DNA of 63,986 nucleotides, the filler included, from Choristocarpus tenellus KU-1152 (Eukaryota; Protista; Phaeophyceae), in the NCBI GenBank assembly GCA_964200185.2. It is 12 parts of 12 records of this genome, joined end to end, with 100 filler letters (N's around TTAATTAATTAA, not from the genome) between each part and the next. Parts side by side here need not be neighbours in the genome. Positions count along the whole stretch, not along the records: positions 61,227 to 63,986 come from CAXNAD020024978.1; 11 more parts are not named here. One strand, 5' to 3'. A program made the translations under genes and the position numbers. Below the pieces are notes generated by a model that was given only the letters and a program-made list of their open reading frames with translations, searched no databases and was not told the origin of the DNA. This document shows positions 63,506 to 63,986 of this stretch, piece by piece. Positions within the stretch are counted from its first letter, which is position 1; the number at the start of each line of letters is the position of its first letter.

Positions 63506-63986
63506 TCAAAGAGCCTTGGGAATGTTCTTCACGTTGCCCTTGGGCGTTGGTGGCTTAGCGACCACCTGCCAGTTACACAAGAAAGAGTCCCAAGAAGCAG
63601 ACCAACAAGTCAATTTAATTCTTAAGAATGATTGTATGTATCACCACTGCAAGAAAAAAATGCCAAAAAAAATCAAGACACAGCAAGGTGTAGAAACCAG
63701 CACAAGAACAATTGGGAAGCAATGGTAGCAAGCACGCATTCATGTCCTGAGAAGGGAAGGGTGGGAGAGCAGAAAGCTGGTTTTAAACATATTTGCATGG
63801 TAAACCGCTACCTTACCTTCTTTGGCGCCGGCTTGGGGGCAACTTTCTTCACAGGTGCCGCCTTCGCAGCCTTGGGTGCCGCCTTGACAGCCCTGGGTGC
63901 CACCTTCACAGCCCTGGGTGCTGCTTTCACAGCCCTGGGTGCAGGTGCTGCCTTGGGGGCTGGTGCTGCCTTAGGGGCTGGTGCAG
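63506..63986 (-). CDS. 3' end of a gene with a Pro/Ala/Lys-rich repetitive tail; exons >=63986-63817 and 63565-63506
   Basis: APAPKAAPAPKAAPAPRAVKAAPRAVKVAPRAVKAAPKAAKAAPVKKVAPKPAPKK|GTAAG...CAG|VVAKPPTPKGNVKNIPKAL*. Confidence 0.75.

Overview
Eukaryotic, intron-rich, repeat-rich DNA, most consistent with a stramenopile and probably a brown alga or close relative. This is inferred from the GT-AG gene architecture, TTAGGG-type repeats and the gene and TE families; it is not confirmed. The window is not one locus. It is about 12 short contigs joined by an artificial N44-TTAATTAATTAA-N44 linker, so neighbourhoods across linkers are meaningless. Spliced genes I could reconstruct by hand: a 9-exon tyrosinase/di-copper-centre protein (partial), a bromodomain + ET (BET-like) gene (partial), the 5' end of a UBE3B/C-like HECT ligase lying head-to-head with a complete 4-exon ankyrin-repeat gene, a long single-exon 13-ankyrin + Tudor/SH3-like ORF, the Pro/Ala/Lys-rich 3' end of a gene, several unidentified multi-exon fragments and a CaMK pseudogene. 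There are two tRNA genes, Thr-AGT and Val-CAC. Mobile DNA: a decayed mariner with a Stowaway-like TIR, a decayed DIRS/Ngaro tyrosine-recombinase retroelement, two solo-LTR-like copies, a PIF/Harbinger-type transposase relic, and about 20 related MITEs with 3-bp mostly ANT-like TSDs. The most unusual item is an apparently open, spliced Sola/DUF7869-like DDD transposase whose last exon carries a BAH-like (chromatin-reader) domain.
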